A stretch of 64,000 nt of DNA from Patescibacteria group bacterium (lineage in GTDB: Bacteria; Patescibacteriota; Patescibacteriia; UBA9570). A program made the position numbers and the translations under genes. Each line of letters begins with the position of its first letter. The first letter of the stretch is position 1. Under the pieces are notes generated by a model, which was not told the origin of the DNA, made no database searches, and saw only the letters and a list, made by a program, of their open reading frames with translations. Below are positions 1 to 9,408 of this stretch, piece by piece. The DNA is taken from NCBI GenBank assembly GCA_041665365.1, contig JBAYIY010000002.1, positions 2,178 through 66,177 on the forward strand, read 5' to 3'.

Positions 1-930
1 TTTCCATTCATCTAAATTACTCGCGACCGTTATCGTTACTTCTTTAAGACCCGCTTTGTCTAACAGTTTCCTTGCTTGCACAGAACGCTTGTATAAATCA
101 CCACTGTCAATGGTGATGCCTTTTATTGAATTTTTCTTTCGCTTCAATTCACTAGCAACTTGGATAGCATGCTGTAATCCTCTATCAAAATTGTAGGTAT
201 CAACCATAAAATCCATCGTATTTGGAAAAATTTCTGCTGCCCGGCTCATCGCTGCCGTCTCGGTAGAAAAAGATTTGATCAAAGCATGATAGGTCTTTCT
301 GGAAGGATCACTAAACGGTAGATCATATTTCCTGCAGAAAGCCGGAATCATATTAGCACCATGCCCACCCGCAATATAAGTTGCCCGGCCGAATTTAAAA
401 GCAGATTCGTTAGATTGAGCTCGTAAACTGGCCGATGCAAGAAATTTCTTGTCTTTGGCTGCTATTACTCCTCTGATCACCTTTGATAAAAAAATGGTAT
501 TACTTGTAAAGGCGTTAATCAAGAACATCGTCATTAGATTTCCTTCAATGATCGGTGCGGTGATACGCACGACTGGCTCATCCGGAAAAAATACCGTGCC
601 CTCTGGCAAGGCATAGACATCTCCGGTGAAATGAAAGCCTCGCAGATACCGTGCAAAACGAGGAGTGATGATGTTATTTTTTTGTAAGTACCTTACTTCG
701 TCACCTGTGTACCGCCAATTCAGTATGCCACGCACTATTTCCTCTGTGCCTCCCATCAATAAAAAATTTCTGTTCTTCGGCAAGCTTCTGACAAAGAGAT
801 CAAATGTTGCAACCTGGTGCTCCATATTTGACTCAAGCCAGATTGAACCGGCGGTAAATATCTGAGGTAACTCAAAAAGATGGAGGTCAGAATGGGTAAA
901 ATATGGTGTTTGGGGAAATGGTTTAGTCAT
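1..930 (-). CDS. Nicotinate phosphoribosyltransferase-like protein, divergent; 3' end runs off the window
   Basis: Not in the ORF track. Manual translation from ATG at 930: MTKPFPQTPY...ATFDLFVRSLPKNRNFLLMGG...FTGDVYALPEGTVFFPDEPVVRITAP...MVDTYN...ITIDSGDL...VASNLDE, all NAPRTase (PncB) family motifs. The ATG overlaps the upstream TAA (TAATG). Confidence 0.85.
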   Translation of the reverse strand, partial: MTKPFPQTPYFTHSDLHLFELPQIFTAGSIWLESNMEHQVATFDLFVRSLPKNRNFLLMGGTEEIVRGILNWRYTGDEVRYLQKNNIITPRFARYLRGFHFTGDVYALPEGTVFFPDEPVVRITAPIIEGNLMTMFLINAFTSNTIFLSKVIRGVIAAKDKKFLASASLRAQSNESAFKFGRATYIAGGHGANMIPAFCRKYDLPFSDPSRKTYHALIKSFSTETAAMSRAAEIFPNTMDFMVDTYNFDRGLQHAIQVASELKRKKNSIKGITIDSGDLYKRSVQARKLLDKAGLKEVTITVASNLDEWK

Positions 931-2234
931 TAGATCCGTTTATTTGAGAGAGGAATTAAGTGACCAAGTTTTTTGATTCTGAACTCAATCTGCGACTTAT
1001 TATATTTATGTAATTTAGTGATGAGTGGTTCACGCCGGATCTCAATATTCATCTTTTCCAAAGCGGATATCTTTTTTGGGTTATTCGTGAGAAGACGAAT
1101 CTGTTTTAATTTAAACCACTTCAGAACATCTTCGATCTCGCTGTAATCGCGGGAATCGACTGGCAAACCCAATGTGAGATAAGAATGAATCGTATCATAA
1201 CCTTCGTCTTGCTTTTGATACACGCGGATGTGGTTAAAGGCGCCAACCCCTCTGCCTTCGTGGTTGACCACATAGATAATAAGACCTTTACGCGCGCGGT
1301 GGATTACTTCCATCGCCATCTGTAGTTGCGCATGACAGTCGCAACGCTGGGAATGAAATATCTGTGCAGTATTACAAGCCGAATGAATGCGAACCAATGG
1401 CCAGTCAGTCCCTTTGACGCGACCTTTCTCTAGAGCGTAATAATCTCCGTTACGTAATCTTAAAAGGTATAATTTGAAATGCGCTACAGATTGCTTTCCT
1501 ACTAGGGCTGGCATTTTAATCGGTCCGGCGACTTTAATTTTTTGTGCAGATCGTTTTATTTCAAAGACATAAAATACCCTAGGATCTCCCTTGGGCATTG
1601 TCTTTTTGCCAATGAGTTTAACTGTAAAACTCGCCGCTTTGGCTAAACGCTTCATCATCGCAATGTCTCCATAGTTGGCTTGTGCCAGATAAATTCTTCC
1701 GTTGCGGTTGAGGTACTTACTTACTTCTGAAAAAAATCTTTTATAGGTTCGGAACCCAGAGTCCCAGAATGAAGCTTCCACAAGATCCTTGGCGGCTTTG
1801 TTACGGTAGGGCAAATTTACAGTAATAACGTCAAATTTTTCACCGGTCTCTAATTTGTTGAATAGATCGGAACAGCGCGCATCAATGATCTTTGTGAAGC
1901 CATGAGTGTGAGCGTTCTGGTTCGTAGCTCGTACTGCCACAGAATTGGTATCTACAGCCACCACCTTACTGGCTCCTTTGTATGCAGAAAATACAGCAAT
2001 CACTCCGCAGCCAGTGCCGATATCCAACACACGCTCACCGGGTTTAATCATATATTTTTTAACGAGCAGAATTGAATCCTCATACGGTACAAACACAGTG
2101 CGATAAACAATAAATTTCTTTTCACAATAATTAATCATGATGCCTTTGTTAGGTATAGTGCGCGATTGTTTTTGTTTAGTTTTTTGCAGGCGTGTGATCT
2201 TGGCCAGTTGTTTTGAAGTGAGCATAGAGATCAA
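930..2234 (-). CDS. Fusion of class I SAM methyltransferase (HemK/PrmC-like) and GTP cyclohydrolase II (RibA-like)
   Basis: N-half has VLDIGTGCG and FDVITVNLPY. C-half has RIHSAC..RCDC, EGRGVG, DSRDY and LLTNNPKK. Start may be the ATG at 2225. Confidence 0.85.
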   Translation of the reverse strand: MISMLTSKQLAKITRLQKTKQKQSRTIPNKGIMINYCEKKFIVYRTVFVPYEDSILLVKKYMIKPGERVLDIGTGCGVIAVFSAYKGASKVVAVDTNSVAVRATNQNAHTHGFTKIIDARCSDLFNKLETGEKFDVITVNLPYRNKAAKDLVEASFWDSGFRTYKRFFSEVSKYLNRNGRIYLAQANYGDIAMMKRLAKAASFTVKLIGKKTMPKGDPRVFYVFEIKRSAQKIKVAGPIKMPALVGKQSVAHFKLYLLRLRNGDYYALEKGRVKGTDWPLVRIHSACNTAQIFHSQRCDCHAQLQMAMEVIHRARKGLIIYVVNHEGRGVGAFNHIRVYQKQDEGYDTIHSYLTLGLPVDSRDYSEIEDVLKWFKLKQIRLLTNNPKKISALEKMNIEIRREPLITKLHKYNKSQIEFRIKKLGHLIPLSNKRI

Positions 2235-2256
2235 TTATTATTATTACGAAGTTGTA

Positions 2257-2976
2257 TTAAATAACTTGCCGAGCAACGTTGACGAATTTTTTTAATCGCT
2301 CAGTTTTTGGATTAATTAAAATATCACCAGTTCCCTCTTCCACAATACTACCCGCATCCAGAAAAATTACTTTGTCACTAATTTTACTTGCTAGGTGTAA
2401 CGCATGACTCACAATAACTATTCCAACTCCTCGGTTGGCAATCTGTTTAAGATGGGCAAGAATCAGATAAGATTGTTCGATATCTAACGCGGAAGTTACT
2501 TCGTCAAGTAAAAGGTAATTTGGTTTAAGGAGCAAAGCGCGTACCAGAGCCGCTCGCTGGCATTCTCCGATTGATACTTCGTTTGGGTAGCGCTCTAAAA
2601 ATGAATCCATCTGAAATAGATCGACCATTTCTGCAAAATGCTTTTCATTGATATTCTTGCGCAAAGGTAGCGTTAGATTTTGCCTAATAGTTAAATGCGG
2701 CCAAATGAAAAGTTGCTGAAAAACAATAGTCAAATTTGGATATGGAAATTTAATACATTCATCTTGTCGAATCGGAAATTGATAATTGTCTTCATCAATT
2801 TTCAATGATCCTGCATCCGGAAAATCAATTAAAGAAATGGCGCGCAAAAAAGTCGTTTTACCAGCCCCACTCGGACCAACAATAGAAATGATCTCACCAC
2901 TTTCCAAGGATAGGGAAACATTATTTAATATTTTCTTACCAGCTATTATCTTGGTGATATGAGTTGCGTGCATCAT
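2257..2976 (-). CDS. Polar amino acid ABC transporter ATPase
   Basis: Walker A GPSGAGKT, Q-loop VFQQ, variant signature VSIGECQR, LLLDEVTSALD, H-loop. Confidence 0.9.
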   Translation of the reverse strand: MMHATHITKIIAGKKILNNVSLSLESGEIISIVGPSGAGKTTFLRAISLIDFPDAGSLKIDEDNYQFPIRQDECIKFPYPNLTIVFQQLFIWPHLTIRQNLTLPLRKNINEKHFAEMVDLFQMDSFLERYPNEVSIGECQRAALVRALLLKPNYLLLDEVTSALDIEQSYLILAHLKQIANRGVGIVIVSHALHLASKISDKVIFLDAGSIVEEGTGDILINPKTERLKKFVNVARQVI

Positions 2977-2977
2977 A

Positions 2978-3646
2978 TTACTTCTCGGAATGATTTCTGG
3001 TATAAGTTTTTTTCAGCCAATAAGCCAGTACATTAAGTGGCAAACAAATAGCGATAAAAAATAAGGCCAGGGTTGTATAAATTTCGACTGGTTTGTAGAT
3101 CATGGAGTTGATTCTTTGAGCAACACGAAAAATCTCTTCAACAGAAATTAAACTGGCGAAAATTGTGGCTTGCAACATCGCCACTTGCAGAAAAAGCAAT
3201 TGCGGAATAACGGCACGCATCATCAACGGAAATTTAATTTTAGTAAATATTTCTTTTTCGCTTAGCCCACTGACTTTACCGGCAATAAAATACTGTTTCG
3301 GCAGTCCATCCAAACTATCTTTTATTATGGCTGCAACAAAAACAATATTAACAACCGAAAGACCAGCTGCTGCGGTAATAAATGGTTTGATGACAACTCC
3401 TAACATGGCTTGCAAGGGGAAGTGCAACCAAAACAAAATAACTAAAATTGGACTACTTGAGATTAGAAACCAAAACACTTTGAGCCAAGAGCCTACACCT
3501 TTTTTTTGATGTGCCCACCAGCCAAACAATACACCAAAAACTAAACCTGTCGTCCAAACAATTGCAACTAACGCCAAACTAACAAGGATGCCTGAGATGA
3601 GACCCTCCCGATATTGAATAATGATATGTGCGATCGTGTCAAACAT
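2978..3646 (-). CDS. Polar amino acid ABC transporter permease
   Basis: Hydrophobic helices, SSPILVILFW and an EAA-like loop (QYFIAGKVSGLS); lies between the binding protein and ATPase genes. Confidence 0.88.
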   Translation of the reverse strand: MFDTIAHIIIQYREGLISGILVSLALVAIVWTTGLVFGVLFGWWAHQKKGVGSWLKVFWFLISSSPILVILFWLHFPLQAMLGVVIKPFITAAAGLSVVNIVFVAAIIKDSLDGLPKQYFIAGKVSGLSEKEIFTKIKFPLMMRAVIPQLLFLQVAMLQATIFASLISVEEIFRVAQRINSMIYKPVEIYTTLALFFIAICLPLNVLAYWLKKTYTRNHSEK

Positions 3647-3651
3647 GTTCG

Positions 3652-4524
3652 CTATGGTACGGTATATGGTTTGACGACTGGATAAAAGGATCCTGGATAC
3701 TTTTCGTACTGATGTATTAATTCATTTATTTTCCCGTTATTCAATAGTTCTTCGAGCGCCGTATTCATCATTGACTCAAATCCAGCTTGATTTTTTGGTA
3801 TTCCCATTGTATTACCAAAAGATCGAATCGGATCATCTTTAGTTATATTTTTTACCGAACCCGGATTATTCGCCAAAAATTCTTCAGCAATAGCCGGCTG
3901 AACAAAAGTCACATCCGCTTTATGCGTTATGACATTAAGAAGTAATTGTGAGACAGGAGTATCTTGCGGCAACGAAATAACAGTTGCGTCAGGAAAATTT
4001 GATTGAGTGATAAAAGCCGACATTTCACCATCTATCGTCGCAACCGTAATATCTGGGTTATTGATATCGACTAGATCAGCAAAACGATTTTCATCTGGGC
4101 GTGTATACACACCAACCGCGCTGTAATAAAGCGGGATTGTAAAATCTATATTCTTTGCTCTGGCGGCATTAGGCCATAAGTCTGTCACGATCACATCGTA
4201 ACGACCAGCGTCTAATCCCTCTATCATTGTTCCCCAACCAGCCTCTTCAACCCAATTAATTTTGAGATCCAAATTTTCACCAGCCACCTCAAGTGCATCG
4301 TGAAAAATACCAGACAGCTCACCAGTATTTGGATCTTTGATCATGGCCGGTGGATCTACTACATAGCCAGCGCGAATTTCTCCTTTGTCCAATACGGTAG
4401 ACAAAAGATCGTCATTTTGACTGGTTCTATTTTTATCAGAGAACAAATTAACCCCAATGAAAGAGGTAATGAGGACTATCACCACAATCAGCAAAATTGA
4501 TTTATAATTGTTCAGGTTATACAT
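3652..4524 (-). CDS. ABC transporter substrate-binding protein, family 3
   Basis: N-terminal anchor; GEIRAGY..PP, WGTMIEGLDAGRYD, RAKNIDFTIPLY. Confidence 0.9.
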   Translation of the reverse strand: MYNLNNYKSILLIVVIVLITSFIGVNLFSDKNRTSQNDDLLSTVLDKGEIRAGYVVDPPAMIKDPNTGELSGIFHDALEVAGENLDLKINWVEEAGWGTMIEGLDAGRYDVIVTDLWPNAARAKNIDFTIPLYYSAVGVYTRPDENRFADLVDINNPDITVATIDGEMSAFITQSNFPDATVISLPQDTPVSQLLLNVITHKADVTFVQPAIAEEFLANNPGSVKNITKDDPIRSFGNTMGIPKNQAGFESMMNTALEELLNNGKINELIHQYEKYPGSFYPVVKPYTVP

Positions 4525-4568
4525 ATTTGATTATTTAAAGTGTAAAGTAGTGCCAGATTTTGTGAAGG

Positions 4569-4703
4569 CCTTTTTCGCGACGGCGCAACGGCAAAAAACT
4601 GCAGTTTATTACGACAGAGTGCAACGACCTGCTTGTGGATAACATTTTTCAGCGACGGCTCACCTACGTTCCTAAGAAGGAACTTCGGGTGAGTAAACTC
4701 TAA
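4569..4703. repeat. Composite boundary repeat, copy 1 (GCGACGGCGC, spacer, DnaA box, GCGACGGCTC, plus one 39-nt insert)
   Basis: Near-identical to 5371-5504. Motifs at 4577 and 4652, TGTGGATAA at 4634-4642. Confidence 0.9.
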
Positions 4704-4712
4704 TGTTGGTCA

Positions 4713-4741
4713 CTAACCCCACGTTTTAACGTGTGGGTTAG
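4713..4741. repeat. Short imperfect palindrome resembling an IS200/IS605-type subterminal hairpin
   Basis: CTAACCCCACGTTTTAACGTGTGGGTTAG; an interrupted second copy lies at 12366-12410. Confidence 0.5.
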
Positions 4742-4835
4742 TTTGAGTTGGTTCTTCTGTCCACTATCTTTTTTCAGGGCTTTCATTTGTATTCATCTTT
4801 TCAGCGATCCATTTTTTGCAGCATTATTACAGCTG

Positions 4836-4865
4836 TTGACAAACAAAAAAGTTTTATGATATACT
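4836..4865 (+). promoter_or_regulatory. Sigma70-type promoter with no downstream ORF
   Basis: TTGACA-18 nt-TATACT, with TG extended -10. Confidence 0.65.
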
Positions 4866-4868
4866 TTT

Positions 4869-4939
4869 TTTACTGAGCTTGTTAGGGTTTAGGCCCTCTC
4901 ACGGTTGAATACATAAAACCGTAAACAAGTCTCAGTAAA
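4869..4939 (+). ncRNA. Candidate small three-way-junction RNA
   Basis: Closing stems TTTACTGAG/CTCAGTAAA and CTTGTT/AACAAG enclose hairpins AGGGT/GCCCT and ACGGTT/AACCGT. Starts right after the promoter. Confidence 0.45.
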
Positions 4940-4962
4940 TAACAAAACAAGTTATAATACAA

Positions 4963-5332
4963 TCAATCCCCTTCTAAATCTCCAATGTGGAGTATTTTTT
5001 TGTTTGATGTATTTTTAATATTTTACATTGACCATACGATATTGCCATTGAGAATTTGTATTCATTTGCTCCAGATGATTCGTTTCAAAAAATTCTTGCA
5101 AGGTATGTGATTTTTGTATAATCACAGGAGCCAATTTTAACAACCGAAAACGAATGTATTGATCTAGTTTTAATCTAGCCTTACCTTTTTTCTTAAATTT
5201 GAGATGTTCAATCCCCTTGGCATTGAAAGATACCGGCGTATGAAAGTAAGGACAATCTATTTGTCTAATAGTTTTATAAAAAGATTCTGCATCTGTTTTA
5301 GTTGATGCTAATTTTTCATCAGTTATTTCCAT
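4963..5332 (-). pseudogene. Probably internally deleted RelE/barnase-like (PBECR-type) nuclease
   Basis: The 105-aa ORF (CPYF..VSFNAKGIEHLKFK..R..DQYIRFRLL) stops abruptly. A plausible C-terminus KILHIGDLEGD* follows in another frame, ending at 4963. Family call is from memory of the FxxxGxxH..R pattern. Confidence 0.45.
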
Positions 5333-5370
5333 TTATAAAATACTAAGTATAATATTTCGTTTTTACAAGA

Positions 5371-5544
5371 CCTTTTTCGCGACGGCGCAACGGCAAAAAA
5401 CCACACTTTATTATGACTGAGTGCAACGACTTGCTTGTGGATAACAATTTTTAGCGACGGCTCACCTACGTTCCTAAGAAGGAACTTCGGATGAGTAAAC
5501 TCTACTACGCTCGTAGGACAGAGCTTCGTAGGAGCAGGCTCTAA
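5371..5544. repeat. Composite boundary repeat, copy 2, with two stacked 39-nt inserts
   Basis: Motifs at 5379 and 5454, DnaA box 5436-5444, inserts 5464-5502 and 5503-5541. Confidence 0.9.
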
Positions 5545-5573
5545 AGCCAGTTAGTTAACAAGATGGTCTAGTA

Positions 5574-6473
5574 TTATTGTTTGTAAGTAACCACACTAAA
5601 CCCAGGCATATCATCAAAGAAAGAAACATCAGTTAGCTTCGCACGAGTATTCGTTGAACGTTGTGCAATACCGACTGATTGATTGAATGGATTACTGGTA
5701 ATGGTAATGTCAGCACCTGGCTGAAAATACTCTAGGAGTGGTTGGTCTGAAGCTGTGATAAAGATATCGGGAGTTTTAAGCATAATAGGTTGATCTAATG
5801 ATAACGTTTGGACAGTTTGGGTGTTTGGATCGTAGCTGAACCTAGCAAGTTCACGTTGTACTTGCACTGGTGGCATATTTTCAGATCCACTGGGTAACAG
5901 ATCATATAGTAACTTACTACGAACGCGAATGATGTATTGGTCGTGTGTTTTATCCCAATTACTATCCCAAAATGTATCAATGTAGGCTTCTGTGTTCCAA
6001 TCAAATTTTTGCGACAGGAGAGCCGTCACGTCAACACACGGTCCTAAAGTTTGGAAATCAAATGTGCTGATACAGTGAATTGAAGAATCGACTGGATTGT
6101 ATTCTAAAAAATCTTGCTGCGGTGAAAGTGATAAGTACTGGTACGTTCTATCAGCTGACTGCTCAATTAACTGGCTACCTTCTGGAGTTATGTAATAAAG
6201 ACCAGTGTCACCTACTAATAATTTTTGCGGTGACAAAAATTCTGTACTGGAGTCAGATTTGTAGGTAGTGTGCATCTTTCCATCTCCTGAAAATATATCC
6301 AACTTGTCATTACTATGAATCATAATTAGCGGCACACCATCATTCCATTGGATGGCAGACAAAGTGGCATTGTAGTTTGGTTGAGTAAGTCCTCCAAAAA
6401 AGTTTGATACCGTGGCTAAGATTATGAATAGATAGCTGATTAATGAAGGCATAATGTTATTACTTTTATACAT
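5574..6473 (-). CDS. Hypothetical exported or membrane-anchored protein
   Basis: 299-aa ORF with an N-terminal hydrophobic segment and a beta-rich remainder. Confidence 0.7.
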   Translation of the reverse strand: MYKSNNIMPSLISYLFIILATVSNFFGGLTQPNYNATLSAIQWNDGVPLIMIHSNDKLDIFSGDGKMHTTYKSDSSTEFLSPQKLLVGDTGLYYITPEGSQLIEQSADRTYQYLSLSPQQDFLEYNPVDSSIHCISTFDFQTLGPCVDVTALLSQKFDWNTEAYIDTFWDSNWDKTHDQYIIRVRSKLLYDLLPSGSENMPPVQVQRELARFSYDPNTQTVQTLSLDQPIMLKTPDIFITASDQPLLEYFQPGADITITSNPFNQSVGIAQRSTNTRAKLTDVSFFDDMPGFSVVTYKQ

Positions 6474-6589
6474 CGTTTAATAAGGTATATACATACTAAT
6501 ACGATGCATACATTTTGTCCATAGTCCACAGCTACTTATCAAGACCATTTTGGAATTTTCTTTGATGCTTCTCAAAAAAATACAATGCC

Positions 6590-6661
6590 GGATAACATTT
6601 TTCAGCGACAGCTCACCTGCGTTCCTAAGAAGGAACTTCGGATGAGTAAACTCTACTACGC
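6590..6661. repeat. Composite boundary repeat, partial copy 3
   Basis: GGATAACATTTTTCAGCGACAGCTC, then insert 1, then the first 8 nt (TACTACGC) of insert 2. Confidence 0.85.
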
Positions 6662-6808
6662 CACTTTTTCAAATATACAAAAACGAAAGAAGCTCTTAGT
6701 TAACACGATGTGTAGTCGCGTCAACGTTGAGCTTCGGCAGTACACAGACGACAGCTGGCGAACATTGCTGTTCAACAACCGATCTGGTCTGGTACTGAAT
6801 GTATCTGA

Positions 6809-9313
6809 CTAGCAGGGCGGTGCTGAGGTAGCGGTACCGAGATACCACCACTCGTAGTCGTCGTGACAACCGCCGGCGTAGTAGCCAGAGCAGCTGCCAT
6901 CACAACCTTCGTCCACCGTGCCGTCACAGTTGTTGTCGTTCCAGTCACCCCGTTCTGGTGCGCCCGAGTAGGTAGTTGCATCCCACCAGGCACAGTCGAA
7001 GGAGTCATCGTAGCCGTCGCCGTCCGAATCTGCCGCGCTGGAGCCGCAGACATAGGTTAGCGAACCGGTCGAGTAGTAACTTTCGTAGTCGTCGGTGCAG
7101 CCATCCCAGTAGGCGCCACCGCAACCGTAGTCACAGCTCTCGTCCGTGCTTCCATCACAATCGTTGTCGACCCAGTCGGCCAATTCAGGCGCACCGGGAT
7201 AGATGGACGCACTCCACCAACCACAATCGACAGTATCATCGTAACCGTCGCCGTCGTAGTCGCTGGCAGTGGGCGTACTGCAAGAGCTGCTCGACGCACA
7301 GTCGGAGTCTCCACAGTCCACTAGCCCATCCAGATCATTGTCCATGCCATCGGAACAGTAGAGTTCGGCGCAGGGCACATCGCCCCCAACGCAGTCATCA
7401 TCCGTTCCGTTGCCACAGATCTCTGGTGCTCCATAGTAGATGGCTGTGTTGCTGTCGTTGCAGTCATTTCCACCACAGCCCGTGGCCGTCTGGCCGTCAC
7501 CGTCGATGTCGCAGGAGGTATCGCTCTCGTCGGTGGTGTCACTCGTACTAGTCGTATCGTCCTCATCCATTGGATCGATCGCCATGCCGTTGAGTGATCG
7601 AACCTCTGTACTCGTCCGAACACCGAAGTTTCCGAACAGAATATGAGGCCGGCCGTAGGTTGAACTCAAACCAGTGATCAATTGAGACTGATCCACCTGC
7701 TCTTCGAAGCTGTTGCCGGCATTGCTCCGTGCCAGATACAGAGTTGTACCGTTGGAACGAATCAGATCGGCGTAGGCGTCGAGGTAGTCCAGAGGATAGA
7801 TGGTATAGTCACCATCCGTACCACCGACATCGGTACCCATCACTGCGATGGTGAAGGTACTCGTGCTGTTGTTATAGTGACCAGCTTCAATTTCCACACT
7901 GGAGTCACGTTCGTCGATGCGAATGATCTCATCGCTACCGTCACCATTAGTGTCGGCGACAACGAACTCATCCGTGGGCAATGCCCAACCAGTGCTGATG
8001 TTGGTCACGCTGCCAGAACTGCTCAGACGTTGCCAGGTCAGAGTGCTCCCCGAACCAGCGAAGGCTTCCGCCTCACCGTTGCCGTTGAAGTCGCCAACTA
8101 AGACGACACTACTGGTGGTTCCGAAGCTGGTGCTCCAGGTGACCGCGTCACCGAACCGACCGTTATCGCTGTCGTTGAGAAAGTACTTCCAAGTCAGAGT
8201 GCCGTCGGTGTTGGCGAAGACCAGAATCAGATCCGCGCGCCCATCTCCGTCCACATCATCCAAGAACGCTTTGACCGCTTCACCGGACGTCTTCTTCCAG
8301 CGGGTCTGAGTGTTGAGCTCTCCTTCCCCATTGGACAGGTAGACATTGGTGTAGGTGTAACCAGGCTTGATCCGCACTTGCACCAAGTCATCCCAGCCAT
8401 CGCTATTCATGTCTCCGGAGAGCCAGGACAGAATGGTGGCAGTAGAGCCAGTGTTGGTGTAGGAGAAGTAGTTACCGGACAGTGCAGTATCCTCACCCGA
8501 ACCCGTCACCTCGTAACCGTAGATGTCGAACTTGCCACTGCTGTTAGGTTCGACAGTCATGAGGTGAGTGGTGGTAGTAGTGGAGGTAGTGGCTGAGGAA
8601 GATCCGTCGTTTGTAGATTCGTAGTAGTTGCCTGCAACGTAATCCACAAACTGGATACCTTCCATTTCAACTCCATCAAGCTCACTGGTGTAGCTGTAGC
8701 CGCTGCCGTTGTACTTGATGGAGAAGTGCAGATGGGTACCAGTTGAATCTCCCGTCGTGCCAATCGCACCGAGAATTTCGCCCTGTGCCACGGTCTTGCC
8801 GATGTAGAGCGAAGACGGAATTGAATCCGCAGCGAGGTGGTAGTAGAGAGTGGTATATCCGTCACTGTGGTCGAGCTTGACGTAGCAAGCAAAATGACCT
8901 TCGCTCGCCTTGCCCTGAGTGCAGCCAGTCGTTACCATGTCAATGATCGTGCCAGCGGCGACTGCCACAGCAGGATCACCACTGTAGCGATCTTAGAAGT
9001 CGATGGCATAGTAGCCATTGTTGGCATCAGTATGCCATGAATCGATGCCACCATGTAGAATCTCGGCAACCACACCACCAGCTTCCACGTTGCACCGAAT
9101 GAGATCGCCAGGCTGCATCGGCATCTTGAGCTCGGGACCCGTATAGCCAGTGGCCTTGAGAGAAATACCCGATCGACCAGATGCACTGACATTGTCACCA
9201 CATTCAGCACCCGGCAGTGATGGATCACAATCGCCGAAGCTGCAGGCGACCAGATCGGCGAACCCGAACATCACGAAGAGGCTGATCATGAGGAGGCGGA
9301 TGTACCGTTCCAT
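6809..9313 (-). pseudogene. Secreted M23 peptidase with FG-GAP/VCBS repeats and Cys-rich MopE-like metal-binding repeats, split by one in-frame TAA
   Basis: ORFs 8993-9379 and 6809-8968 are in the same frame: YAIDF*DRYSGDPAVAVAAGTI. M23 motifs YYHL and TGTHLHF; GDxNGDGxxD repeats; DCNDxxxxIYxGAPExC repeats. AGGAG lies 7 nt before the ATG at 9313. Confidence 0.85.
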
Positions 9314-9408
9314 TGGAAGACTCCTGGATTGTGAAGGAACGACTCTAGTCAAGAAGATTCCTGAGCTAGCAGAGCCCATCTAGTTGAAATAGATGGACCG
9401 GTGTTAAA

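Noticed and set aside
4569-6661. CRISPR array
   Set aside because: Repeats are kilobases apart or share only CTC; there is no repeat-spacer periodicity and no cas gene.
8993-8995. Stop-codon reassignment
   Set aside because: TAA, TAG and TGA all terminate conserved genes elsewhere in the window.
6772-9383. Many overlapping alternative-frame ORFs
   Set aside because: Shadow ORFs of the GC-rich M23 gene; no motifs.
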